Below, in pieces: positions 49,109 through 61,698 of a stretch of 64,000 bases of DNA; positions within the stretch are counted from its first letter, which is position 1; the number at the start of each line of letters is the position of its first letter. Under the pieces are notes generated by a model. That model was given only the letters and a program-made list of their open reading frames with translations, was not told where the DNA came from and searched no databases. Origin of the DNA: Hyaloraphidium curvatum SAG 235-1 (Eukaryota; Fungi; Monoblepharomycota); assembly GCA_025558095.1 (NCBI GenBank), contig JAIVFI010000024.1:310001-374000 (forward strand). Reading direction: 5' to 3'. Made by a program: the position numbers and the translations under genes.

Positions 49109-52100
49109 ATGGACGGCCCGGGCGGACCTCCGCCCAGCAATGCTCCCCGCCAGCATCGTGGCCGTGGCGGGCGGGGCGGTGCGCGCGGGCGAGGCGCCCC
49201 GGGGGTCGACGCCGCGCGTCCTTCGCAGCCCGCGGCCGGCGCGTCTCCACCCGCTCGCGCCCACGACAGCCGCGGGGCCCGGGGCGGACGCGCGCGTGAG
49301 GACCGCGGCAACCACGGAGACGGCGGGAGTCGTGGTCGTGGAGACGGTGGACGCGGCGGACGCGGCGGACGTGGAGGCAGAGGAGCGCGATCGGGGCGCG
49401 GGAGAGGCGCTGGGCCGGGCAACGCGTCGGTGCCGGAGCACACCGCGGGAACCGTGGCCGGCAGCGCGGTGGACATTGGGGCCGGCACCCCTTTGGACGG
49501 GAGTGCGGCAGCGGCGCCGTTGCCTGCCGCGCCCACCGCTCCTTCCGCTCCTGCGCAACCGTCAGCGCCTTTCAGCAGCTTCGCGCTCGATCTGCTCGAG
49601 TCAATGCCGCGGTTGCCTCCCGGTCAGACTCTCCTTGGACACGCGGCCGCCGTGGCGCGCAGGGCGGGAGGGCCGCCGCTGAACGTTCTCATGGTAGCCG
49701 AGAAACCGAGCGTGGCAGAAGCCATTGCCGTTGCACTCAGCGGTGGCACACACTCCTCGGTCCGATCGGCGACCCCCGTTCACACCTTCCAATCTTCTTT
49801 CCTGGACCGACCCGCGACCGTGCACGTCACGGCCGTTGCTGGCCATCTATTCTCGGTCGACTTCCCCGCGGCCTTCAACAACTGGAACGTCGTCGATCCC
49901 CTGACCTTGTTCGAATGCCCGACGGAGCGCGTGGAACAGCGCCGCGGCGGGATCGCGAACCACATCAAGGAATCCGCGAAGGGCATGGACGCCCTGGTTC
50001 TCTGGCTCGACGGCGACAGGGAAGGGGAGAACATTGCTTTCCAAGTCTGGAAAGTCGCCCGTTCCGGTCTCAAGCAGTCCCGACTGGGCGCGTTTTCGGT
50101 CTTTCGTTCTCGCTTCAGCGCCTTGACGGCGCAAGAGATCCGCACCGCTTTCCGGACGCTGGAGCTGCCCAACCCGAACCTTGCCCTCGCCGTCGACGTC
50201 CGGCAAGAGATCGATCTGCGTATCGGCTGCGCCTTCACGCGCTTCCAGACCAAGTACTTCCAGGGTTCGACCGTGTGCCAAAGCATTCTTGATTCCCGTC
50301 TAACCGGTGCTTCCGCAGGAAGATACGGCAACCTCAACAGCGCCACCATCAGCTTCGGGCCATGCCAGACTCCGACCCTGGCCCTGTGCGTGCAGCGGCA
50401 TGATGAGATCCTTTCCTTTGTCTCCGAACCCTTCTGGACTCTTGTTGCCCGCGTCGACGCGGGACGGACCTTGATTGTGCGCGGCCGCCGGTTCGTCGAT
50501 GATCGGACAAAGGCGGACCGCTGCCTCGCTGCGCTCAAGGGCGTCCGCAAAGCCGTGATCACCTCGGTTGCCCCCAAGACGAAGAGCCTTCCTCCGCCCG
50601 CGGCGCTCGACACCGTGCGCATGCTTCAGCTTGCTTCGTCGCTGCTCCATCTGTCGCCCCAGGACGCGATGCGCGCGGCCGAGTCTCTGTACGTTTCCGG
50701 CTTCATCAGCTATCCACGCACGGAGACCAGCCGCTACCCCGCGTCATTCGACCTCGCCAGCACGCTCCGCGAGATCGCCAAGGGTGAGTACGAGCGCACG
50801 GCGCGATCCATCTTGGACTCTGCGCGGGGCAAGGTGGCCGCGCCCGACCGCGGCAAGGACAAGGGAGACCACCCTCCGATCACCCCCGTCCGATTTGCTG
50901 CCGAGGACGAGCTCTACGGCTCCGAACGGCGCGTGTACGACCTGGTCGTGCGCATGTTCCTGGGCAGCTTGATGGGACCATTGCGGTACGAACGGACTAC
51001 CGTCGTGGTGGATGCGGGCGGCGAGGAGCTGCGGGCTTCCGGGAGGCGCCTTGTGGACCGCGGCTGGGCGGCCGCGTGCCATTGGATCTGGAGCGAGGGC
51101 GGGAGGAACCAGGAGCACGACGTCGAGGGCGACGAGGGAGAGGTCGACGAGCTCGACGACGAAACGGAGGACGAGAGCGCGCTTCCGCCCGATCTCGCCG
51201 CAGGCAGAGAGTATGCGGTCGAATCCTTCTCGCTCCAGCAAGGCCAGACCAAGCCTCCGGGCTACCTGACGGAATCGCAGCTTCTGGGGGCCATGGAGCG
51301 GCGTGGAATTGGCACTGACGCTTCGATGAGCACGCACATTGCGAACATCGTGGACCGGAACTACGTCAGGGTCGGCGGAAACCGCCGCGAGGTGATCCCA
51401 ACCGAGCTTGGGATCGTCGTCATCCACGGATATGAGCGCATCGATCCGGATCTTGCGGCGACGACGCTGCGGAGCGCGATGGAGTCGGAGATCGGCAAGA
51501 TCGCGGACGGCGCGGTGCATTACACGCACGTGCTATCGGAGCAGCTGCGCCTCTACCGGGACAAGTTTCTCCGGTTCGTCGGCGGCATCGCCGGCATGGA
51601 CTCGCTATTCGAGGTTTCTTTCTCGTCGATCAACGACACCGGCAAGATCATGGGTCGCTGCGGGGCCTGCCGGCGGTATTTGAAGTGGTTGCCGCTGCGC
51701 CCGCAAAGGCTGCATTGTGCGACGTGCCAACGGACCTACGATTTGCCTCAGAACGGCGCGATAAAACTCTATCGGGAGCAGCAGTGTCCTCTCGTAAGTT
51801 TCCAACCCCGCGATGGATCGAGTGCTGGCTCACGCATTAGCTCTTTCCAAGGACGGGTTCGAGCTGGTCTACTTTTCAACAGGATCCACGGCACGCTCTT
51901 TTGTCTTGTGTCCGAAGTGCTACAACGAGCCGCCCGTCCCCGGCATCAAGGCGCCGATGCCATGCAGTCAGTGCACGATCGCCAAGTGCCCGCACTCTCT
52001 CGCCCGCACCGGCCTGTTCCCGTGCCCCAACGTTATCGGCGGTACCGGTTCGCGCGGCACCAGTGGGAGCAGCGGAGGCGTTGAAAGGCCGTGCGACGGC

Positions 52101-52580
52101 ACGGTGTGCTTGGATGGCACGAGCGCGCCGCGGTGGAAGCTGTCGTGCAACTCGAGCTCGTGCAATTTTGCGGCCATTTTCAGTGACTCGGTCCATGGCG
52201 TGGCCACTGTGGCCAGCGGAGTGCCGAGCATTGAGGAAGCGAATGCGGCCTCAGGTGTCTGCGAGACATGCGGAGCGGTGCTGATCAATATCAGGTTCGG
52301 CTCGAAAGCAGGCCGGGCGGACCTGGAATCGATTTGCGTCGTCTGCGACGAGGAGGACGTGGAAGGTGTGCTCGAGGCCAAGCTCGTGAGGATGGCGATG
52401 CTGCGGTCTCGAGGCCGGGGTCGAGGTCGTGGTCGGAGGGGACGTGGCAGAGGTCGAGGCGGTCACAGGAGGCAGGGGAGCGACGAAGGGCCGGCGTTCG
52501 CGGGCGCCGAGGGCAGGATGGTGCGGAAGGGAGACGGACCATCTCTCGGCGCATTCTTTGGGAAGCTGGACGGGTTCTAG
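49109..52580 (+). CDS. TOP3B: DNA/RNA topoisomerase III beta
   Basis: TOPRIM VLMVAEKPS, WLDGDREGENI, RQEIDLRIGCAFTRFQT, SFGPCQTPTL, catalytic ISYPRTET, GIGTDAS, C-terminal Cys zinc ribbons and RG tail. Confidence 0.93.
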
Positions 52581-52667
52581 CACAGTAGTCTAATCCACGA
52601 TCGTGTGATTTGACAGCGTCGAAGTAGAATTGATGGTCCGCCCGTCCCACCGGAATCGGTAAACAGA

Positions 52668-53776
52668 ATGCCCCGCAAATCCGCAGAGGCGACCGCTCCT
52701 GAGGTCGACGATGAAGAGGATATCTACGCCGTCTTTGGCGTCGAGAAGACGGCGTCTGCGGAGGACATAAAGAAGGCCTACCGCCGACTCGCTCTGAAGT
52801 GCGACCGGGTTCTCCGCGAGTCCTTCAAGCGCTATTCTGACAAATGGGCACCTGCCACCGGCAGACTGCATCCGGACAAGATTGCTGCGGAGGCCACCGA
52901 GGCTGAACGGGCCGAGCAGACGGCGCAGTTCCAACGGCTCGCCCTTTACTACGCGATCCTGACCGACGAGGCCAAGCGCGCTCGCTACGACGGTGGGCGA
53001 ATGGAATTTGACGGCTTAAACCACATTCTGACGCGGTCCGTCTTTCTGCAGCCACCGGCTCGGTTTCCGAGGCATCCTCGTCGATCCTCGACGGCCTGGC
53101 GGCCTCGGGGAAGGAATGGGACGCCTACTTCAGCGAGCTCTATTCGGGCATTGTTTCCGCGGAAAAGATCGACGAGTTTGCCGCACAGTACCGGAGTTCC
53201 GACGAGGAGCGGGCAGATCTCAAGGCGTGCTACGAAGAGTTCGAGGGAGACATGGACGCCATCATGGTCAGTTCCGCAGCAGATCTGTTGCAATCATTCA
53301 TGAGGAGCTGACATTTGATTCGCATCATTCAGGAGTCCATGATCTTGGCCGATATCGAGAACGAGCCCCGCCTCCGAGCAATCATCGAGACGATGCTGGC
53401 AACCGGGGAGCTCAAATCGACGCCCGCGTGGAAAAAGACCACGTCGAAAGCGGCCGTAAAGAAGCGCATAAAGGAGGCTCAATCAGAGGCCAAGGAAGCC
53501 GAGGAACTCGCGAAGGAGCTGGGCATACACGAGAAGCTCGGCAAAGGCGGCTCGAAGGAGAACGGGGAGGACGCTCTGCGCGCTCTGATGCTCGCCAACT
53601 CGCAAAGGAGGATGGACTCGCTCATCCAGAGCATCGAAGCAAAGTATGCCCCCCCTGCGAAGGGCAAGGCTGGGAAGGGCGGGAAGGCAAAGAGAGGCAA
53701 GGAGCCCGAAGAAGAGGACTGGGTGTCGGAAGAAGAGGAACCGGCGCCAAAGAAGACGAAAGCTAAGGCGAGGTGA
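52668..53776 (+). CDS. DNAJC9: DnaJ/Hsp40 protein, DNAJC9-like
   Basis: J-domain IKKAYRRLALK|LHPDK; W..YF..LY, EFA..YR.S.EE..DL; C-terminal EAKEAEELAKELG...MDSLIQSIEAKY. Confidence 0.85.
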
Positions 53777-53922
53777 CCTTTGGAGATACCCAGCACGGAA
53801 AATGACTTTCTAGTTCGTGGTATTGTCGTTCTTTTGACATTGAATCGGCGTTCGCGCCGTCAAAGAGCGATACTTCCGTCACTCCATCCACCATGCCGCA
53901 GCAGCTCCCGCCCAATCCAATT

Positions 53923-55608
<1,686 letters not shown>

Positions 55609-56007
55609 CCCCGCCAGCGGACACCGTGGGTGTGTTCGCTGCCCGATCTAAGCCTTCCGGCTCGTCACGAGCGATCGCATCTCTTCTCTCGCTTCGCAGC
55701 CGCAAATCTCTCTCAAAATAAACGCCTAGTCTCTGCGATCTCTACATCCGCGAGGCCCTTTTTCTAGCATCTCGCCTGTTCCGACCCGAACCGTGAGTGC
55801 CGCCAGCGACACCATCTGTCCGTGCCAGCGCAAAAGTCGCTCCGCCCTTGGTCTCCTCCGCGTTCGAAAGCTGTACATTTTGGCCAATTTACAGGTGTGC
55901 GACAGAGGTGGTCGCTCTCCCGAAATAGTCCGCCCCGGCCACTGCGGGGTTTTGGAAAAAGTTCACACGCATGAAACCAAGAAGAAGCCCAGGCAGCAAC
56001 CGACCCG

Positions 56008-59000
56008 TCAGGGGCTGTGTGCCGGCTGACCGTGGTTCGGGTTCAACAGATCAAAGTCCGAAGCCTGCATGGACGCCAGGACATGGTTGTTCGGCTCCGA
56101 CGCGGAGAAGAGGTCCTGCTGGGACGGGCCGGCGCCTGACTGGCCGCCGCCCATGCCCGTTTCCAGCATGAGCAGGTCCGCGATCTGCTGGTTCCCGAGC
56201 TGCGAAAGATCCGTCAGGAACGCCTGGTTCTGGGCGTCCGAGGCCATCTGGATGAACTGGTGGTTCAGGTGCTCGGCCGTGTTTGGCGAGAGCTGCAGGT
56301 ACTGCGATCCGTCGTCGAGCTGCCCGCCGACATCGCCGTCCCCGACGCCGCTGCCGTTGGCGAAGTGCAGCCCGTTGGGCTGGAGCCCGAGGTCCATGGC
56401 CAGCTGCGCGTCGGCAGGCGAAGGCCGGTGCACCGGGATCGCGTGCTCGGCCGACGACTTCTGCTTCTTGTGCGCAGGTCCGGCCGACAGGCCCTGGCGC
56501 AGCTGGTTCTGCACCGCGGCCTCCTCCTGCTCGCGCCGGATCGCCCCGATCGCGGCCTCGAGCGCAGACGATTCCGGGGGCGTCGTGGCGCTCGAAACCG
56601 AGTTGGTGCGCACCATGCGCGGCTCCTGCTGCAAGTCCGTCGACTGGAGCCCGCCCAGGGTCAGGTACGCGGGCGACGCCGCCGTGCTCGGCGTGTCCAC
56701 TCCCAGGTTCAGCGGGCCGGGCGTCTGGAACGAGGTCGCGTTCAGGCCCGGTGCGAGTCCCATGCGCTCAAAGTGCCGGTAGAACTCCTGCTTCCGCTTG
56801 CCAAAGTAGAAGAGCGCGTACTGGAAGCCGTCGACCTCCTCGTGCTTGCGCCGGCGCTTCTTCTTGTTCTGCGCCGCCGCCGCCTGCGCCTTGGCGTCCG
56901 CGGCCGCCGCGGATCCGGCGGCGGGGGCGGGCTGGTACTCGTCGCAGCGCGTGAACCGGATGCTGGCGAGCATCACCCAAGGGTAGCGCCGGGAAAAGTC
57001 AACGACCCAGTCCTCGGTCAGGTCCATGCGCACGAGCGAGATGGCCTCCTTGACGTGACCAACGCTGTACTCCTCCTGCAGCTTCTGGTTCATGAGGCTC
57101 TGCCGCGCCGGGTCGTAGCCGTAGGACACGTTGAGGAACACGGTGCCCTCGGTGTTGGGCGCTTCCCAGCTGCTGTTGCTCGCGTCGAGAAACGAGCCGT
57201 TGGCGAGCCGGCCAAAGCAGATCTTTGGCTGGACCTGTCGCGCCGGAAAGGCTCAGCACTTACAAGCGGGAAGAAAGCGATTCGGATACCCACCAAGCTC
57301 TGCGGATGCCACACGGGGTCCAGCGAGATCTCGCCCAGGAAGGCCTCGACCTCCTTGATCAGCTCCTCGGGCGGCACCCACTCGACGAGCGGCTGCGTGA
57401 GGTCGGATCCCTGCATCTGGCTGTGTACCTGCACGACCAGGTTGTGCGTGATCTTGCCCGTCGGGTTGGGCGCCTCGAGCACCCGGCCCCACAGCTCCTG
57501 CCACCCAGCCTCGTCCTTGCGGCACGTGTACACGGTGCGGCACACCTTTTCGCTGTCGGGCCGGCGCGGGAACCGCTGCAGCGCCGCCAGCACGGGGACG
57601 CACTGCAGCAGCTGCTGCACCCGCGCCGAGTTGAGGCCCCAGCGGTTCTTGGCGTAGTCCGTGTGCGAGGCGTGGCCGCCGCCGCGGTACAGCTTGGACT
57701 TGATGATGGTCCCGAGGGCAAACACCGTCTCCTCAAAGACCTTGAAGTCCACCGCGGCGCTGCCGTCGGCGCTCGGCAGCTCCAGCGCGAGCTTGTGGAT
57801 CTTCTTCTCCTCGGACTGCAGGAGCGCAGCCAGGTCGGGGGTGGATGCGGCGGCGAGCACCGGCTGGGGGATGATGGCCGGCGGCACGGCCACGACCACG
57901 GCCTTGGTCGCGCCGGTGGGCAGCGGCAGCGAGGCGGCCGTCAGAGTCGGCTGCAGCACAGGTGCGGGGGTCGCGGACATGGCCGGTTGGGGCACAGAGC
58001 CGGCGGCGGAAAAAGTCCGGGTGAGGTTCGCGGGCGTCGATATCGACGCCGCTGCCGCGGCCGCGGCCTGGGCGACCTGCTGGTGCTGCTGGGCCGTCTG
58101 GATCGCGGCTGCAAGGAAAGGAACCCGTCAATCGGCCGATCGGGACGAAAATGGAAGCCAACTCACCCTGAGCAGCGGCCTCGTGCTGCTGCTGCACGTT
58201 CTGCAGCGCCTGGTGCGTAGCTGCGGCGTGCTGCGCGTTCTGCAGCGCCTGCTGCGCGACCACCAGCGCCGCCTCGGGCCCGTTGACGGCGGCGGTCGGT
58301 TGCACGATCGACGGGCTCGACACTTGCACCTGGGGCGACGGGTTGGCCGGCGCCAGCGTCACGTGGCCCGGCGGCGGCGCGCTGGACGCCGGGTGGCCGA
58401 CGTTCTGCACGATCATCTGCGGCGACGATCCGCTGCCGCCCTGCATCGCCGCCGATGCCGCCGCGGCCTGCTGTGCCTGTGCTTGTGCCTGTGCCTGTGC
58501 CTGTGCTTGCGCTTGCGCCTGGGCGTGGGCCTGTCAAGCACGGGGAGCGAGTTAGGAGAGCCACGAAAGCCCCCAGATCCGCGGCGTACCTGGTACTGGG
58601 CCTGCGCCTGCGCCTGCATCTGGGCCTGCTGCTGCGCGTGTGCCTGCGCCAGCGCCGCCATGGCGTTCTCCGCCGCCTGCTGCGGCGTCTCGCCCGGCTG
58701 CACTTTGACGGCGATGGTCTGGGTCGTGGGCATCCCCGGGCCAAAGAGCTGCATGTACTGCGCCTGCGCGGCCTGCTGCTGCTGCGCGGCGGCGACGGCG
58801 TGTGCCTGCTGGTTCAGCTGGTGTTGCAGCACGGCCTGCTGGTTCAGCTGGTGCTGCATGGCGACCTGCTGGGCGGCCAGCTGCATCGACGCCTCGCCGT
58901 CCGGGCCGCCTTGCGGGCCGCCCTGCGGGCCGGCGGGACCGCCGAGGTCCGAGGTGGGGAGGTTGGAGGCGGGGATGATCGAGGCGATGGCGGGGATGCC

Positions 59001-59459
59001 GATGGGGGTCTGCGGGGTCTGCAGCGAGCCGGGCGTGCCGACCGACATGGATCCGCCGGGCGTGCCGAGCGAGGGCGCGTAGCCCTGCTGGAACTGGGTC
59101 TGCAGCTGGGCCAGCTGCGGGTGCACGACGGGGTGCATGCCCTGCGGCTGCACCACGCCCGCGATCGCCGGATGGCCGGCCTGCAGCGGGATGGCCTGCA
59201 GCGGCGTGCCGACGGCGGGGCCGGCGGCCTGCGCCTGCTGGAGGCCGCCCGCCATTGCGCCGACGGGCTGCAGCACGGTGGTGAGCGTGCCGCCCGGGCC
59301 GGCCAGCAGCGTGGGGGCGTGCACGATGCCGTGCGGCAGCTGCACGATCGTCGGCTGCATGATGCCCGGCTGCGAGCCGACCGGCAGGGCGCCCGGGGCG
59401 TCCAGTGCCTGCACGATCTGCACTGCCTGCAGCTGGCCGGGGCCCAGCGGCGAGTCCAT
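56008..59459 (-). CDS. Gln/Ala-rich protein with ParB-type HTH and phage-Dam-like N6-adenine methyltransferase fold (degenerate NVSY motif); exons 59459-58590, 58530-58167, 58108-57294, 57234-56008
   Basis: ALGTIIKSKLYR...HTDYAKNRWG HTH-like block; EWVPPEELI...FLGEISLDP...W...GTVFLNVSY...KLQEEYSVGHVKEAISLV...IRF...ALFYFG...FYRHF follows the motif order of phage Dam-type methylases. Confidence 0.78.
58468..58530 (-). repeat. Hexamer microsatellite encoding a (Gln-Ala)n tract
   Basis: tgtgcc/tgtgct/tgcgct repeats on the + strand, read as AQAQAQ on the - strand. Confidence 0.8.
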
Positions 59460-60037
59460 GGCGGCCGCCCTGCGCGGGGTGCGCTCGCGGGCGGGCCGCC
59501 GTCCGCCGCGCTGCGCTATCTGCGGAGTTCCGGGCGCCGTCGCGGCGGGCGGGCCGCTGGCGGGAACGCCAGCTTGGGCGCCGCGGGGAGTTCTGGCGAC
59601 GGCGGCGCACGCGTCCGGGCCCGATTCTGCGCCGCGCGGGCTGCCGCCGGCCGTGCGGAACGCGATGCGGGGTCTCCGCCGGGGCAGGGGGGGCCGCCGG
59701 GGTCGGGGCACGCGGGGAGAGGTCGAGGGGTGTTCACGGCAGTTCACGCGCTTCGCGGCGCCCAGGCCGCCTGGCCGCACAACCACCGGCGCCCCGCCGA
59801 ATCCCTCTCCGGCCGGCCCCGGCGGCCGCTGAATGCGCACTTCGGCGCGATCGGCAATCCCACTCTCCGTTTGTCCGCCGGCGAGCGCGCAATGGTGGCC
59901 GGGGTGCGTGCCGCCGCCCGTGCCCCGAGCATCCCCAAGGACCGCCGCTGATTTAAGCGACACCAGTGCCTCTTTTGCTTCGGACGACTGTGCAGATTCG
60001 AGATCCATGATCACCCTTCGCACGGGCCCGGTTCCAG

Positions 60038-60976
60038 GTGGCTGCTCGCGGGATCCCGTTCCGTGTCCCCCGCTCACCTGCCCCGCACGGGCTCCCGCTA
60101 CTGGACTATATCCGGGCCACCGCCAGCGCCATCCCGGGCTTATATTCTCATTACATCACCCCGTCCATCCTCGCCACGGCCCGTCCCTCGGCCTCGCTCA
60201 TCGACAAGCACAAGCTCGTGGACGCCTTCCTCTCCAGCAACCTTCGCACCCTGATCAACCTGCAGGAACCCGCCGAGCACCCCTCGTGCGGACCCGACGG
60301 CGTGCTCCCCGATACCGGCTTCAGCTACGACCCGGTGACCTTCACCGACGCCGGCATCCGCTTCTTCAACTTTGGCTGGCCCGACATGACCGCGCCCCCC
60401 TTCGAGCTCATGGACACCATCGTCGAGGTCATCGCGGACTCGATCAAGGGCGGGCGCCGCTGCGCGGTGCACTGCCACGCCGGCCTTGGGAGGACCGGGC
60501 TCGCGGTGGCGTGCTTCCTCGTCACCCTGCGCGTGCGCGTGGACGACGCGGTGTGGTGGGTCCGCATGGCGAGGCCGGGATCGGTCCAGACGGCGAAGCA
60601 GGTCAGATTTCTCTACTCTTGGGCGGAGCGGTGGGAGGCGAGGGCAAAGGAGAGGAGGGAGAAGGAGGAGGAGAGGAGGAGGAGGATCGCGGAGGCGTCG
60701 GCGGACGGGCCCGAGGAGTCCACGGACGAGGAGGAAGCGGACCACGAGGTGCATCCGGTGCTGCGGAGGGAGATCAGCGGGCCGCTGCTGGAGAGGGTCA
60801 ACTCGCTGCACGAGCCCCTCGTGGTGCCCGCCTTTGACGCCTTGGACGACGGCGAGGACGGCGAGGACGCCGGCGGCAGCCCGGTACGGACGTTGCTGCC
60901 TCCTGCAGGCACGGATCGACCCGCGGAACCCGGCCAGCCAAGCACACCCCATCCGGACGAGGCTTCTCCAATGTAG
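60038..60976 (+). CDS. PTPDC1: PTPDC1-like protein tyrosine phosphatase (5' end not resolved)
   Basis: ITPSILATARPS, INLQEPAEHPSCG, GFSYDP, FNFGWPDM, catalytic VHCHAGLGRTG, RPGSVQT. Confidence 0.82.
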   Translation: MAARGIPFRVPRSPAPHGLPLLDYIRATASAIPGLYSHYITPSILATARPSASLIDKHKLVDAFLSSNLRTLINLQEPAEHPSCGPDGVLPDTGFSYDPVTFTDAGIRFFNFGWPDMTAPPFELMDTIVEVIADSIKGGRRCAVHCHAGLGRTGLAVACFLVTLRVRVDDAVWWVRMARPGSVQTAKQVRFLYSWAERWEARAKERREKEEERRRRIAEASADGPEESTDEEEADHEVHPVLRREISGPLLERVNSLHEPLVVPAFDALDDGEDGEDAGGSPVRTLLPPAGTDRPAEPGQPSTPHPDEASPM

Positions 60977-61332
60977 CTCACCCAACCCCCGGCAACGGCC
61001 CGGATACCCATTTGGCGATGATTCCCAGCTCTGAACATTGATGTATCGTTTATCTGATATTTATATTCCCATGGGGGACATTCCTCCACCGGACTCACTC
61101 TCCAAGACCGCCACGTGGCCCCGCTGCCCCGCCGTGTGGCGGGCCCCCTGCCCCCCCCCCCGGACCGTGGGACGCGCAAAACGACCGGACGGACACGAGC
61201 GCGCGCGCATCCGGTAACCTTTTCGTCATTCCCGTCGGCCTCGCTGCGCGGCACGACGCGCCCGCGGCACAGGCTACTGGACCTCGCCGGCGCCGCCTCG
61301 GTCCGGGCGCATCCCGCCAGCGGATGTGTCGA

Positions 61333-61525
61333 TTACTGCGGGGAAGCGGGGGAGGAGGGTCAGGGAGGCGCGGATGGGGAGGGGGGAGCGTTACCTTCGA
61401 CCGCTGCCGCATCTTCCGCCGCTTGCGCTTGAGGCGCCGCTGCCTCTTCTTCCGCTGAAAGGGGCGGAATGTCAGCGTCGCAACGAGGAGAACGCGACGC
61501 TGATACTTACCCACTTGGCCCTCAT
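61333..61525 (-). CDS. RPL41: Ribosomal protein L41 (eL41), 25 aa; exons 61525-61511, 61454-61395, stop 61335-61333
   Basis: Spliced MRAKW|RKKRQRRLKRKRRKMRQRSK|* with GTAAGT and GTAACG donors and CAG acceptors. Confidence 0.93.
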
Positions 61526-61698
61526 TAGGGACTCTCGTTCACGCGAGAGGAACCCTGGGGCTTGATTGGTGTGGTGGAAGACGAATGCTCGGCTGGTGCG
61601 AAACCGGAGTCCGATTTTCGCACGAACCTAGGTCTGAACCCCAAACAACGCAAACACGAATCGGCAAGCCCGCATTCCCCGCGAATCACCTCGCCGGG

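Noticed and set aside
50264-50317. Apparent protein insertions in TOP3B, the acyltransferase and PhyH ORFs
   Set aside because: They are stop-free, in-frame introns with donor and acceptor signals, common in GC-rich genomes.
61503-61620. ATACTTACC resembling the 5' end of U1 snRNA
   Set aside because: No U1 stem-loop I/II or Sm site follows; it is the reverse complement of the RPL41 5' splice site (GG|GTAAGTAT).
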